A program made the position numbers and the translations under genes. A stretch of 36,304 bases of DNA from IMG/VR virus record IMGVR_UViG_2512047041_000001. One strand, written 5' to 3'. The notes under the pieces are model-generated. The model had not been told where the DNA came from and searched no databases. It worked only from the letters and a program-made list of their open reading frames with translations. Of the stretch, positions 9,242 to 22,344 are shown piece by piece; the first letter of the stretch is position 1; every line of letters begins with the position of its first letter. The DNA comes from a virus. Taxonomy: Duplodnaviria > Heunggongvirae > Uroviricota > Caudoviricetes.

Positions 9242-9699
9242 ACAGAGTAACCGTGATTATCTCCGCTCTGGTTATCTGCATCATCGTCTGCCTGTCATGG
9301 GCTGTTAATCATTACCGTGATAACGCCATTACCTACAAAGCCCAGCGCGACAAAAATGCCAGAGAACTGAAGCTGGCGAACGCGGCAATTACTGACATGC
9401 AGATGCGTCAGCGTGATGTTGCTGCGCTCGATGCAAAATACACGAAGGAGTTAGCTGATGCGAAAGCTGAAAATGATGCTCTGCGTGATGATGTTGCCGC
9501 TGGTCGTCGTCGGTTGCACATCAAAGCAGTCTGTCAGTCAGTGCGTGAAGCCACCACCGCCTCCGGCGTGGATAATGCAGCCTCCCCCCGACTGGCAGAC
9601 ACCGCTGAACGGGATTATTTCACCCTCAGAGAGAGGCTGATCACTATGCAAAAACAACTGGAAGGAACCCAGAAGTATATTAATGAGCAGTGCAGATAG
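9238..9699 (+). CDS. rzpD: Rz i-spanin (inner-membrane spanin)
   Basis: 153 aa from [17 protein letters not shown] with N-terminal transmembrane segment and coiled-coil periplasmic domain; ATGA overlap with the endolysin stop. Confidence 0.85.
   Translation: MNRVTVIISALVICIIVCLSWAVNHYRDNAITYKAQRDKNARELKLANAAITDMQMRQRDVAALDAKYTKELADAKAENDALRDDVAAGRRRLHIKAVCQSVREATTASGVDNAASPRLADTAERDYFTLRERLITMQKQLEGTQKYINEQCR
9458..9640 (+). CDS. rzoD: Rz1 o-spanin (outer-membrane lipoprotein) embedded in the +1 frame of Rz
   Basis: 60 aa with lipobox (VVVGC) and proline-rich body ([15 protein letters not shown]); fully nested within Rz. Confidence 0.8.
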   Translation: MRKLKMMLCVMMLPLVVVGCTSKQSVSQCVKPPPPPAWIMQPPPDWQTPLNGIISPSERG

Positions 9700-9730
9700 A
9701 GCTGCCCATATCGATGGGCAACTCATGCAA

Positions 9731-10024
9731 TTATTGTGAGCAATACACACGCGCTTCCAGCGGAGTATAAATGCCTAAAGTAATAAAACCGAGAAATCCA
9801 TTTACGAATGTTTGCTGGGTTTCTGTTTTAACAACATTTTCTGCGCCGCCACAAATTTTGGCTGCATCAACAGTTTTCTCCTGTCCAATTCCCGAAACGA
9901 AGAAATGATGGGTGATGGTTTCCTTTGGTGTTACTGCTGTCGGTTTGTTTCCAACAGTAAACGTCTGTTGAGCACATCCTGTAATAAGCATTGCCAGAGC
10001 GGCAGAAAACAACATTTTTTTCAT
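9731..10024 (-). CDS. borD: Bor lipoprotein (serum-resistance/Iss family lysogenic conversion protein)
   Basis: 97 aa from MKKMLFSAALAMLITGCAQQ; lipobox ITGC; matches remembered lambda Bor. Confidence 0.85.
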   Translation of the reverse strand: MKKMLFSAALAMLITGCAQQTFTVGNKPTAVTPKETITHHFFVSGIGQEKTVDAAKICGGAENVVKTETQQTFVNGFLGFITLGIYTPLEARVYCSQ

Positions 10025-10140
10025 CTTATTATCCTGCATTGTTAAAAACGGCAGAATCCTATGTGACAACAATTAAACGATAGTTAAATGGATTGATGAA
10101 AATTAAAACTATATAGGTGGATGCTCAGCCTATTGGAGGA

Positions 10141-10148
10141 GGGGGGGG
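10141..10148. repeat. Homopolymeric G8 tract (within GGAGGAGGGGGGGGC) in the bor-upstream intergenic region
   Basis: Read directly in the sequence. Confidence 0.9.
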
Positions 10149-10192
10149 CACTCAGAATCCTGTGGAATGAAATAAACCGCTCTATCTGTCCA

Positions 10193-10417
10193 TTACCCTT
10201 TTAGCTGCGCTGTATCGTCGCCGTATTCCCGCATTAACCATGACCGTAGCCCGACGGGGAATTCCTTCTGCGTGAGTGTGCGGGAATAATCAAAAACGAT
10301 GCACACCGGGTTTTTACCGCGTTTATGGTTCGCGGGGGTGTCCCTCATGCTCGCCAGTCCTGTGCGGGGGTGGAAGAAACAGGACGTGTATTCAGGTCTG
10401 TGTGACTGTGGTCGCAA
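10193..10417 (-). CDS. Hypothetical lambda-like ORF between bor and cos (possibly a fragment of a ybcV / lambda putative envelope protein homologue)
   Basis: 74-codon open frame only; position equivalent to lambda ORFs between bor and cos. Confidence 0.3.
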   Translation of the reverse strand: MRPQSHRPEYTSCFFHPRTGLASMRDTPANHKRGKNPVCIVFDYSRTLTQKEFPVGLRSWLMREYGDDTAQLKG

Positions 10418-10439
10418 GACTTTTGTCGTTCAGCTATTA

Positions 10440-10690
10440 AATCCCATTACGAAGTAGACCAGAACGGCCAACGGGTCCTTTCCGGCGATCCGACAGGTTA
10501 CGGGGCGGCGACCTCGCGGGTTTTCGCTATTTATGAAAATTTTCCGGTTTAAGGCGTTTCCGTTCTTCTTCGTCATAACTTAATGTTTTTATTTAAAATA
10601 CCCTCTGAAAAGAAAGGAAACGACAGGTGCTGAAAGCGAGCTTTTTGGCCTCTGTCGTTTCCTTTTTCTGTTTTTGGCCGTGGAATGAAC
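10440..10690 (+). other. cos: Lambda-type cos region: cosN with the 12-nt cohesive end GGGCGGCGACCT at 10503-10514, flanked by cosQ and cosB
   Basis: Sequence ...CAGGTTACG|GGGCGGCGACCTCGCGGGTTTTCGCTATTTATGAAAATTTTCCGG matches the remembered joined right and left ends of lambda; lies immediately upstream of nu1. Confidence 0.85.
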
Positions 10691-10691
10691 A

Positions 10692-11211
10692 ATGGAAGTC
10701 AACAAAAAGCAGCTGGCTGACATTTTCGGTGCGAGTATCCGTACCATTCAGAACTGGCAGGAACAGGGAATGCCCGTTCTGCGAGGCGGTGGCAAGGGTA
10801 ATGAGGTGCTTTATGACTCTGCCGCCGTCATAAAATGGTATGCCGAAAGGGATGCTGAAATTGAGAACGAAAAGCTGCGCCGGGAAGTTGAAGAACTGCG
10901 GCAGGCCAGCGAGACAGATCTCCAGCCAGGGACTATTGAGTACGAACGCCATCGACTTACGCGTGCGCAGGCCGACGCACAGGAGCTGAAAAATGCCAGA
11001 GACTCCGCTGAAGTGGTGGAAACCGCATTCTGTACTTTCGTGCTGTCGCGGATCGCAGGTGAAATTGCCAGTATTCTCGACGGGATCCCCCTGTCGGTGC
11101 AGCGGCGTTTTCCGGAACTGGAAAACCGACATGTTGATTTCCTGAAACGGGATATCATCAAAGCCATGAACAAAGCAGCCGCGCTGGATGAACTGATACC
11201 GGGGTTGCTGA

Positions 11212-11237
<26 letters not shown>
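10692..11237 (+). CDS. nu1: Terminase small subunit Nu1
   Basis: 181 aa, near-identical to remembered lambda Nu1 (MEVNKKQLADIFGASIRTIQNWQEQGMPVLRGGGKG ...). Confidence 0.95.
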
Positions 11238-14918
<3,681 letters not shown>

Positions 14919-14938
<20 letters not shown>

Positions 14939-16250
14939 TCTCCCGCATATTGCCAGCATGGCCTTTAATGAGCCGCTGATGCTTGAACCCGCCTATGCGC
15001 GGGTTTTCTTTTGTGCGCTTGCAGGCCAGCTTGGGATCAGCCGCCTGACGGATGCGGTGTCCGCCGACAGCCTGACTGCCCAGGAGGCACTCGCGACGCT
15101 GGCATTATCCGGTGATGATGACGGACCACGACAGGCCTGCAGTTATCAGGTCATGAACGGCATCGCCGTGCTGCCGGTGTCCGGCACGCTGGTCAGCCGG
15201 ACGCGGGCGCTGCAGCCGTACTCGGGGATGACCGGTTACAACGGCATTATCGCCCGTCTGCAACAGGCTGCCAGCGACCCGATGGTGGACGGCATTCTGC
15301 TCGATATGGACACGCCAGGCGGAATGGTGGCGGGGGCATTTGACTGCGCTGACATCATCGCCCGTGTGCGTGACATAAAACCGGTATGGGCGCTGGCCAA
15401 CGACATGAACTGCAGTGCAGGTCAGCTGCTTGCCAGTGCCGCCTCCCGGCGCCTGGTCACGCAGACCGCCCGGACAGGCTCCATCGGCGTCATGATGGCT
15501 CACAGTAATTACGGTGCTGCCCTGGAGAAACAGGGTGTGGAAATCACGCTGATTTACAGCGGCAGCCATAAGGTGGATGGCAATCCCTACAGCCATCTTC
15601 CGGATGACGTCCGGGAGACACTGCAGTCCCGGATGGACGCAACCCGCCAGATGTTTGCGCAGAAGGTGTCGGCATATACCGGCCTGTCTGTGCAGGCTGT
15701 GCTGGATACCGAGGCTGCAGTGTACAGCGGTCAGGAGGCCATTGATGCCGGACTGGCTGATGAACTTGTTAACAGCACCGATGCGATCACCGTCATGCGT
15801 GATGCACTGGATGCGCGTAAATCCCGTCTCTCAGGAGGGCGAATGACCAAAGAGACTCAATCAACAACTGTTTCAGCCACTGCTTCGCAGGCTGACGTTA
15901 CTGACGTGGTGCCAGCGACGGAGGGCGAAAACGCCAGCGCGGCGCAGCCGGACGTGAACGCGCAGATCACCGCAGCGGTTGCGGCAGAAAACAGCCGCAT
16001 TATGGGGATCCTCAACTGTGAGGAGGCTCACGGACGCGAAGAACAGGCGCGCGTTCTGGCAGAAACCCCCGGAATGACCGTGGAAACGGCCCGCCGCATT
16101 CTGGCTGCAGCACCACAGAGTGCACAGGCGCGCAGTGACACTGCGCTGGATCGTCTGATGCAGGGTGCACCGGCACCGCTGGCTGCAGGTAACCTGGCAT
16201 CTGATACCAATAAAGAATTACTTAATACACCTGAAGCTTTACCGGTATAA
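14919..16250 (+). CDS. C: Head maturation protease / minor capsid protein C (GTG start)
   Basis: Begins VTAELRNLPHIASMAFNEP as in lambda gpC; S49-type protease motifs. Confidence 0.85.
15633..16250 (+). CDS. nu3: Scaffolding protein Nu3, nested in-frame within the 3' part of C
   Basis: In-frame internal ATG (MDATRQMFAQKV) sharing the C stop, as in lambda; exact start not verified. Confidence 0.5.
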   Translation: MDATRQMFAQKVSAYTGLSVQAVLDTEAAVYSGQEAIDAGLADELVNSTDAITVMRDALDARKSRLSGGRMTKETQSTTVSATASQADVTDVVPATEGENASAAQPDVNAQITAAVAAENSRIMGILNCEEAHGREEQARVLAETPGMTVETARRILAAAPQSAQARSDTALDRLMQGAPAPLAAGNLASDTNKELLNTPEALPV

Positions 16251-16259
16251 GAGGCAGTT

Positions 16260-16592
16260 ATGGCGACAAAAGAAGAGTTTAACCATTACCAGCCGCTGGG
16301 TAACAGTGATCCGGCTCATACAGCAATTGCGCCTGGCGGATTGAGTGCGAAAACGCCTGCAATGACCCCGCTGATGCTGGATGGCACTACCCGTAAGCTG
16401 GTTGTGTGGGATGGCACCACCGACGGTGCAGCCGTTGGCATTCTGGCGGTTGCTGCTGACCAGACCAGCACCACACTGACGTTCTACAAGTCCGGCTCGT
16501 TCCGTTATGAGGATGTGCTCTGGCCGGAGGCTGCCAGCGACGAGACTAAAAAACGGACCGCGTTTGCCGGAACGGCAATCAGCATCGTTTAA
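16260..16592 (+). CDS. D: Head decoration protein D
   Basis: 110 aa, lambda gpD length and position. Confidence 0.9.
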   Translation: MATKEEFNHYQPLGNSDPAHTAIAPGGLSAKTPAMTPLMLDGTTRKLVVWDGTTDGAAVGILAVAADQTSTTLTFYKSGSFRYEDVLWPEAASDETKKRTAFAGTAISIV

Positions 16593-16611
16593 TCTTCCCC
16601 TTCATCAACAA

Positions 16612-16635
16612 AGGCCGCCTGTGCGGCTTTTTTTA
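16612..16635 (+). terminator. Weak terminator-like hairpin with T-tract between D and E (GCCGC-loop-GCGGC then T8)
   Basis: Read directly; short stem. Confidence 0.3.
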
Positions 16636-16647
16636 TGGAAATAATTT

Positions 16648-17673
16648 ATGTCTGTATATACAACTGCAGAATTACTGGCATCGACCCAGCATCACTTTAA
16701 GTTCGATCCGCTGTTTCTGCGCCTGTTTTTCCGTGAAACCTATCCTTTCACCACGGAAAAAGTCTATCTCTCACAAATTCCGGGACTGGTAAACATGGCG
16801 CTGTACGTTTCGCCGATTGTTTCCGGTGAGGTTATCCGATCCCGTGGCGGCTCCACCTCTGAATTTACGCCGGGTTATGTCAAACCCAAGCATGAGGTGA
16901 ATCCGCAGATGACCCTGCGTCGCCTGCCGGATGAAGATCCGCAGAACCTGGCTGACCCGGCTTACCGTCGTCGCCGTATTATTCGGCAGAATATGCTGGA
17001 TGAAAATCTGGCGATTGCCCAGGTCGAAGAGATGCAGGCAGTTTCTGCCGTGCTTAAGGGCAAATACACCATGACCGGTGAAGCCTTCGATCCGGTTGAG
17101 GTGGATATGGGCCGCAGTGCGGCGAATAACATCACGCAGTCCGGCGGCACGGAGTGGAGCAAGCGTGACAAGTCCACGTATGACCCGACCGACGATATCG
17201 AAGCCTACGCGCTGAACGCCAGCGGTGTGGTGAATATCATCGTGTTTGATCCGAAAGGCTGGGCGCTGTTCCGTTCCTTCAAGGCCGTCAGGGAGAAGCT
17301 GGATACCCGTCGCGGCTCTCATTCCGAGCTGGAGACAGCGGTAAAAGACCTGGGCAAAGCGGTGTCTTATAAGGGAATGTATGGCGATGTGGCCATCGTC
17401 GTGTATTCCGGACAGTACGTGGAAAACGGCGTCAAAAAGAACTTCCTGCCGGACAACACGATGGTGCTGGGGAACACTCAGGCACGCGGTCTGCGCACCT
17501 ATGGTTGCATTCAGGATGCGGACGCACAGCGCGAAGGCATTAACGCCTCTGCCCGTTACCCGAAAAACTGGGTGACCACCGGCGACCCGGCGCGTGAGTT
17601 CACCATGATTCAGTCAGCACCGCTGATGCTGCTGGCTGACCCTGATGAGTTCGTGTCTGTACAACTGGCGTAA
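16648..17673 (+). CDS. E: Major capsid protein E
   Basis: 341 aa, lambda gpE length and position. Confidence 0.95.
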   Translation: MSVYTTAELLASTQHHFKFDPLFLRLFFRETYPFTTEKVYLSQIPGLVNMALYVSPIVSGEVIRSRGGSTSEFTPGYVKPKHEVNPQMTLRRLPDEDPQNLADPAYRRRRIIRQNMLDENLAIAQVEEMQAVSAVLKGKYTMTGEAFDPVEVDMGRSAANNITQSGGTEWSKRDKSTYDPTDDIEAYALNASGVVNIIVFDPKGWALFRSFKAVREKLDTRRGSHSELETAVKDLGKAVSYKGMYGDVAIVVYSGQYVENGVKKNFLPDNTMVLGNTQARGLRTYGCIQDADAQREGINASARYPKNWVTTGDPAREFTMIQSAPLMLLADPDEFVSVQLA

Positions 17674-18030
17674 TCATGGCCCTTCGGGGCCATTGTTTCT
17701 CTGTGGAGGAGTCCATGACGAAAGATGAACTGATTGCCCGTCTCCGCTCGCTGGGTGAACAACTGAACCGTGATATCAGCCTGACGGGGACGAAAGAAGA
17801 ACTGGCGCTCCGTGTGGCAGAGCTGGAAGAAGAGCTTGATGACACGGGCGACACTGCCGGTCAGGAGACCCCTCTCAGCCCGGAAAATGTGCTGACCGGA
17901 CATGAAAATGAGGTTGTATCAGCGCAGCCGGATACCGTGACTGATACGGCTGATCTGGTCACGGTTGTGGCACTGGTGACGCTGCATACTGATGCACTTC
18001 ACGCCACGCGGGATGAGGCTGTTGTAGTGG

Positions 18031-19339
<1,309 letters not shown>

Positions 19340-19382
19340 TGACAGAGCGCGGCCTGGCCAGAATGCAATAACGGGAGGCGCT

Positions 19383-19736
19383 GTGGCTGATTTCGATAAC
19401 CTGTTCGATGCTGCCATTGCCTGCGCCGATGAAACGATACGCGGGTACATGGGAACGTCAGCCACCATGACATCCGGTGAGCAGTCCGGTGCTGTGATAC
19501 GTGGTGTTTTTGATGACCCTGAAAATATCAGCTATGCCGGACAGGGCGTGCGCGTTGAAGGCTCCAGCCCGTCCCTGTTTGTCCGGACTGATGAGGTGCG
19601 GCAGCTGCGGCGCGGCGACACGCTGACCATCGGTGAGGAAAACTTCTGGATAGACCGGATTTCGCCGGATGATGGCGGAAGCTGTCATCTCTGGCTTGGG
19701 CGGGGCGTACCGCCTGCCGTTAACCGTCGCCGCTGA
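19383..19736 (+). CDS. FII: Head-tail connector protein FII
   Basis: 117 aa, lambda gpFII length and position. Confidence 0.9.
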   Translation: MADFDNLFDAAIACADETIRGYMGTSATMTSGEQSGAVIRGVFDDPENISYAGQGVRVEGSSPSLFVRTDEVRQLRRGDTLTIGEENFWIDRISPDDGGSCHLWLGRGVPPAVNRRR

Positions 19737-19747
19737 AAGGGGGATGT

Positions 19748-20326
19748 ATGGCCATAAAAGGTCTTGAGCAGGCCGTTGAAAACCTCAGCCGTATCAGCAA
19801 AACGGCGGTGCCTGGTGCCGCCGCAATGGCCATTAACCGCGTTGCTTCATCCGCGATATCGCAGTCGGCGTCACAGGTTGCCCGTGAGACAAAGGTACGC
19901 CGGAAACTGGTAAAGGAAAGGGCCAGGCTGAAAAGGGCCACGGTTAAAAATCCGCAGGCCAGAATCAAGGTTAACCGGGGGGATTTGCCCGTAATAAAGC
20001 TGGGTAACGCGCGGATTGTCCTGTCCCGACGCAGGCGTCGTAAAAAGGGGCAGCGTTCAGCCCTGAAAGGTGGCGGCAGCGTGCTTGTGGTGGGAAACCG
20101 TCGTATTCCCGGCGCGTTTATTCAGCAACTGAAAAATGGCCGCTGGCATGTTATGCAGCGTGTGGCCGGGAAAAACCGTTACCCCATTGATGTGGTGAAA
20201 ATCCCGATGGCGGTGCCACTGACCACGGCGTTTAAACAGAATATTGAACGGATACGGCGTGAGCGTCTTCCGAAAGAGCTGGGCTATGCGCTGCAGCATC
20301 AACTGAGAATGGTAATAAAGCGATGA
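19748..20326 (+). CDS. Z: Tail completion protein Z
   Basis: 192 aa, lambda gpZ length and position. Confidence 0.9.
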   Translation: MAIKGLEQAVENLSRISKTAVPGAAAMAINRVASSAISQSASQVARETKVRRKLVKERARLKRATVKNPQARIKVNRGDLPVIKLGNARIVLSRRRRRKKGQRSALKGGGSVLVVGNRRIPGAFIQQLKNGRWHVMQRVAGKNRYPIDVVKIPMAVPLTTAFKQNIERIRRERLPKELGYALQHQLRMVIKR

Positions 20327-20718
20327 AACATACTGAACTCCGTGCAGCCGTACTGGATGCACTGGAGAAGCATGACACCGGGGCGACGCTTTTTGATGGT
20401 CGCCCCGCTGTTTTTGATGAGGCGGATTTTCCGGCAATTGCCGTTTATCTCACCGGCGCTGAATACACGGGCGAAGAGCTGGACAGCGATACCTGGCAGG
20501 CGGAGCTGCATATTGAAGTTTTCCTGCCTGCTCAGGTGCCGGATTCAGAGCTGGATTCGTGGATGGAGTCCCGGATTTATCCGGTGATGAGCGATATTCC
20601 GGCACTGTCAGATTTGATCACCAGTATGGTGGCCAGTGGCTATGACTACCGACGCGACGATGATGCGGGCCTGTGGAGTTCAGCCGATCTGACGTATGTC
20701 ATTACCTATGAAATGTGA
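20323..20718 (+). CDS. U: Tail terminator protein U
   Basis: 131 aa, lambda gpU length and position. Confidence 0.9.
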   Translation: MKHTELRAAVLDALEKHDTGATLFDGRPAVFDEADFPAIAVYLTGAEYTGEELDSDTWQAELHIEVFLPAQVPDSELDSWMESRIYPVMSDIPALSDLITSMVASGYDYRRDDDAGLWSSADLTYVITYEM

Positions 20719-20725
20719 GGACGAT

Positions 20726-21466
20726 ATGCCTGTACCAAATCCAGTAATGCCGGTGAAAGGTGCCGGGACCACACTGTGGGTTTATAAGGGGAACGGTGAC
20801 CCTTATGCGAACCCGCTTTCAGACGTTGACTGGTCGCGTCTGGCAAAAGTTAAAGACCTGACGCCCGGCGAACTGACCGCTGAGTCCTATGACGACAGCT
20901 ATCTCGATGATGAGGATGCGGACTGGACTGCGACCGGGCAGGGGCAGAAATCTGCCGGAGATACCAGCTTCACGCTGGCGTGGATGCCCGGAGAGCAGGG
21001 GCAGCAGGCGCTGCTGGCGTGGTTTAATGAAGGTGATACCCGTGCCTATAAAATCCGCTTTCCGAACGGCACGGTCGATGTGTTCCGTGGCTGGGTCAGC
21101 AGTATCGGTAAGGCGGTGACGGCGAAGGAAGTGATCACCCGCACGGTGAAGGTCACCAATGTGGGACGCCCGTCGATGGCTGAAGATCGCAGTACGGTGA
21201 CGGCGGCAACCGGCATGACGGTAACGCCAGCCAGTGCGTCCGTAGTGAAAGGGCAGAGCACCACGCTGACCGTGGCATTCCAGCCGGAAGGCGTAACCGA
21301 CAAGAGCTTCCGTGCGGTGTCTGCGGATAAAACAAAAGCCACCGTGTCGGTCAGTGGTATGACCATCACCGTGAACGGCGTTGCTGCAGGCAAGGTCAAC
21401 ATTCCGGTTGTATCCGGTAATGGTGAGTTTGCTGCGGTTGCAGAAATTACCGTCACCGCCAGTTAA
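20726..21466 (+). CDS. V: Major tail tube protein V with C-terminal Ig-like domain
   Basis: 246 aa from [14 protein letters not shown]; C-terminal region with Big_2-like character ([33 protein letters not shown]). Confidence 0.9.
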   Translation: MPVPNPVMPVKGAGTTLWVYKGNGDPYANPLSDVDWSRLAKVKDLTPGELTAESYDDSYLDDEDADWTATGQGQKSAGDTSFTLAWMPGEQGQQALLAWFNEGDTRAYKIRFPNGTVDVFRGWVSSIGKAVTAKEVITRTVKVTNVGRPSMAEDRSTVTAATGMTVTPASASVVKGQSTTLTVAFQPEGVTDKSFRAVSADKTKATVSVSGMTITVNGVAAGKVNIPVVSGNGEFAAVAEITVTAS

Positions 21467-21481
21467 TCCGGAGAGTCAGCG

Positions 21482-21904
21482 ATGTTCCTGAAAACCGAAT
21501 CATTTGAACATAACGGTGTGACCGTCACGCTTTCTGAACTGTCAGCCCTGCAGCGCATTGAGCATCTCGCCCTGATGAAACGGCAGGCAGAACAGGCGGA
21601 GTCAGACAGCAACCGGAAGTTTACTGTGGAAGACGCCATCAGAACCGGCGCGTTTCTGGTGGCGATGTCCCTGTGGCATAACCATCCGCAGAAGACGCAG
21701 ATGCCGTCCATGAATGAAGCCGTTAAACAGATTGAGCAGGAAGTGCTTACCACCTGGCCCACGGAGGCAATTTCTCATGCTGAAAACGTGGTGTACCGGC
21801 TGTCTGGTATGTATGAGTTTGTGGTGAATAATGCCCCTGAACAGACAGAGGACGCCGGGCCCGCAGAGCCTGTTTCTGCGGGAAAGTGTTCGACGGTGAG
21901 CTGA
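21482..21904 (+). CDS. G: Tail assembly chaperone G
   Basis: 140 aa, lambda gpG length and position. Confidence 0.9.
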   Translation: MFLKTESFEHNGVTVTLSELSALQRIEHLALMKRQAEQAESDSNRKFTVEDAIRTGAFLVAMSLWHNHPQKTQMPSMNEAVKQIEQEVLTTWPTEAISHAENVVYRLSGMYEFVVNNAPEQTEDAGPAEPVSAGKCSTVS

Positions 21905-22344
21905 GTTTTGCCCTGAAACTGGCGCGTGAGATGGGGCGACCCGACTGGCGTGCCATGCTTGCCGGGATGTCATCCACGGAGTATGCCGACTGGCACCGCT
22001 TTTACAGTACCCATTATTTTCATGATGTTCTGCTGGATATGCACTTTTCCGGGCTGACGTACACCGTGCTCAGCCTGTTTTTCAGCGATCCGGAGATGCA
22101 TCCGCTGGATTTCAGTCTGCTGAATCGGCGCGAGGCTGACGAAGAGCCTGAAGATGATGTGCTGATGCAGAAAGCGGCAGGGCTTGCCGGAGGCGTTCGT
22201 TTTGGCCCGGACGGGAATGAAGTTATCCCCGCTTCCCCGTATGTGGCGGACATGACGGAGGATGACGTAATGCTGATGACAGTATCAGAAGGGATCGCAG
22301 GAGGAGTCCGGTATGGCTGCACCGGTAGGCGATCTGGTCGTTGA
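21482..22344 (+). CDS. T: Tail assembly chaperone G-T fusion made by programmed -1 frameshift at G GGA AAG (21880-21886)
   Basis: Canonical slippery heptamer GGGAAAG in the correct G-frame register near the end of G; the -1 frame stays open to 22344. Confidence 0.75.

Noticed and set aside
9812-10045. 77-aa plus-strand ORF overlapping bor
   Set aside because: Antisense to the well-supported bor lipoprotein gene; Cys-rich nonsense translation.
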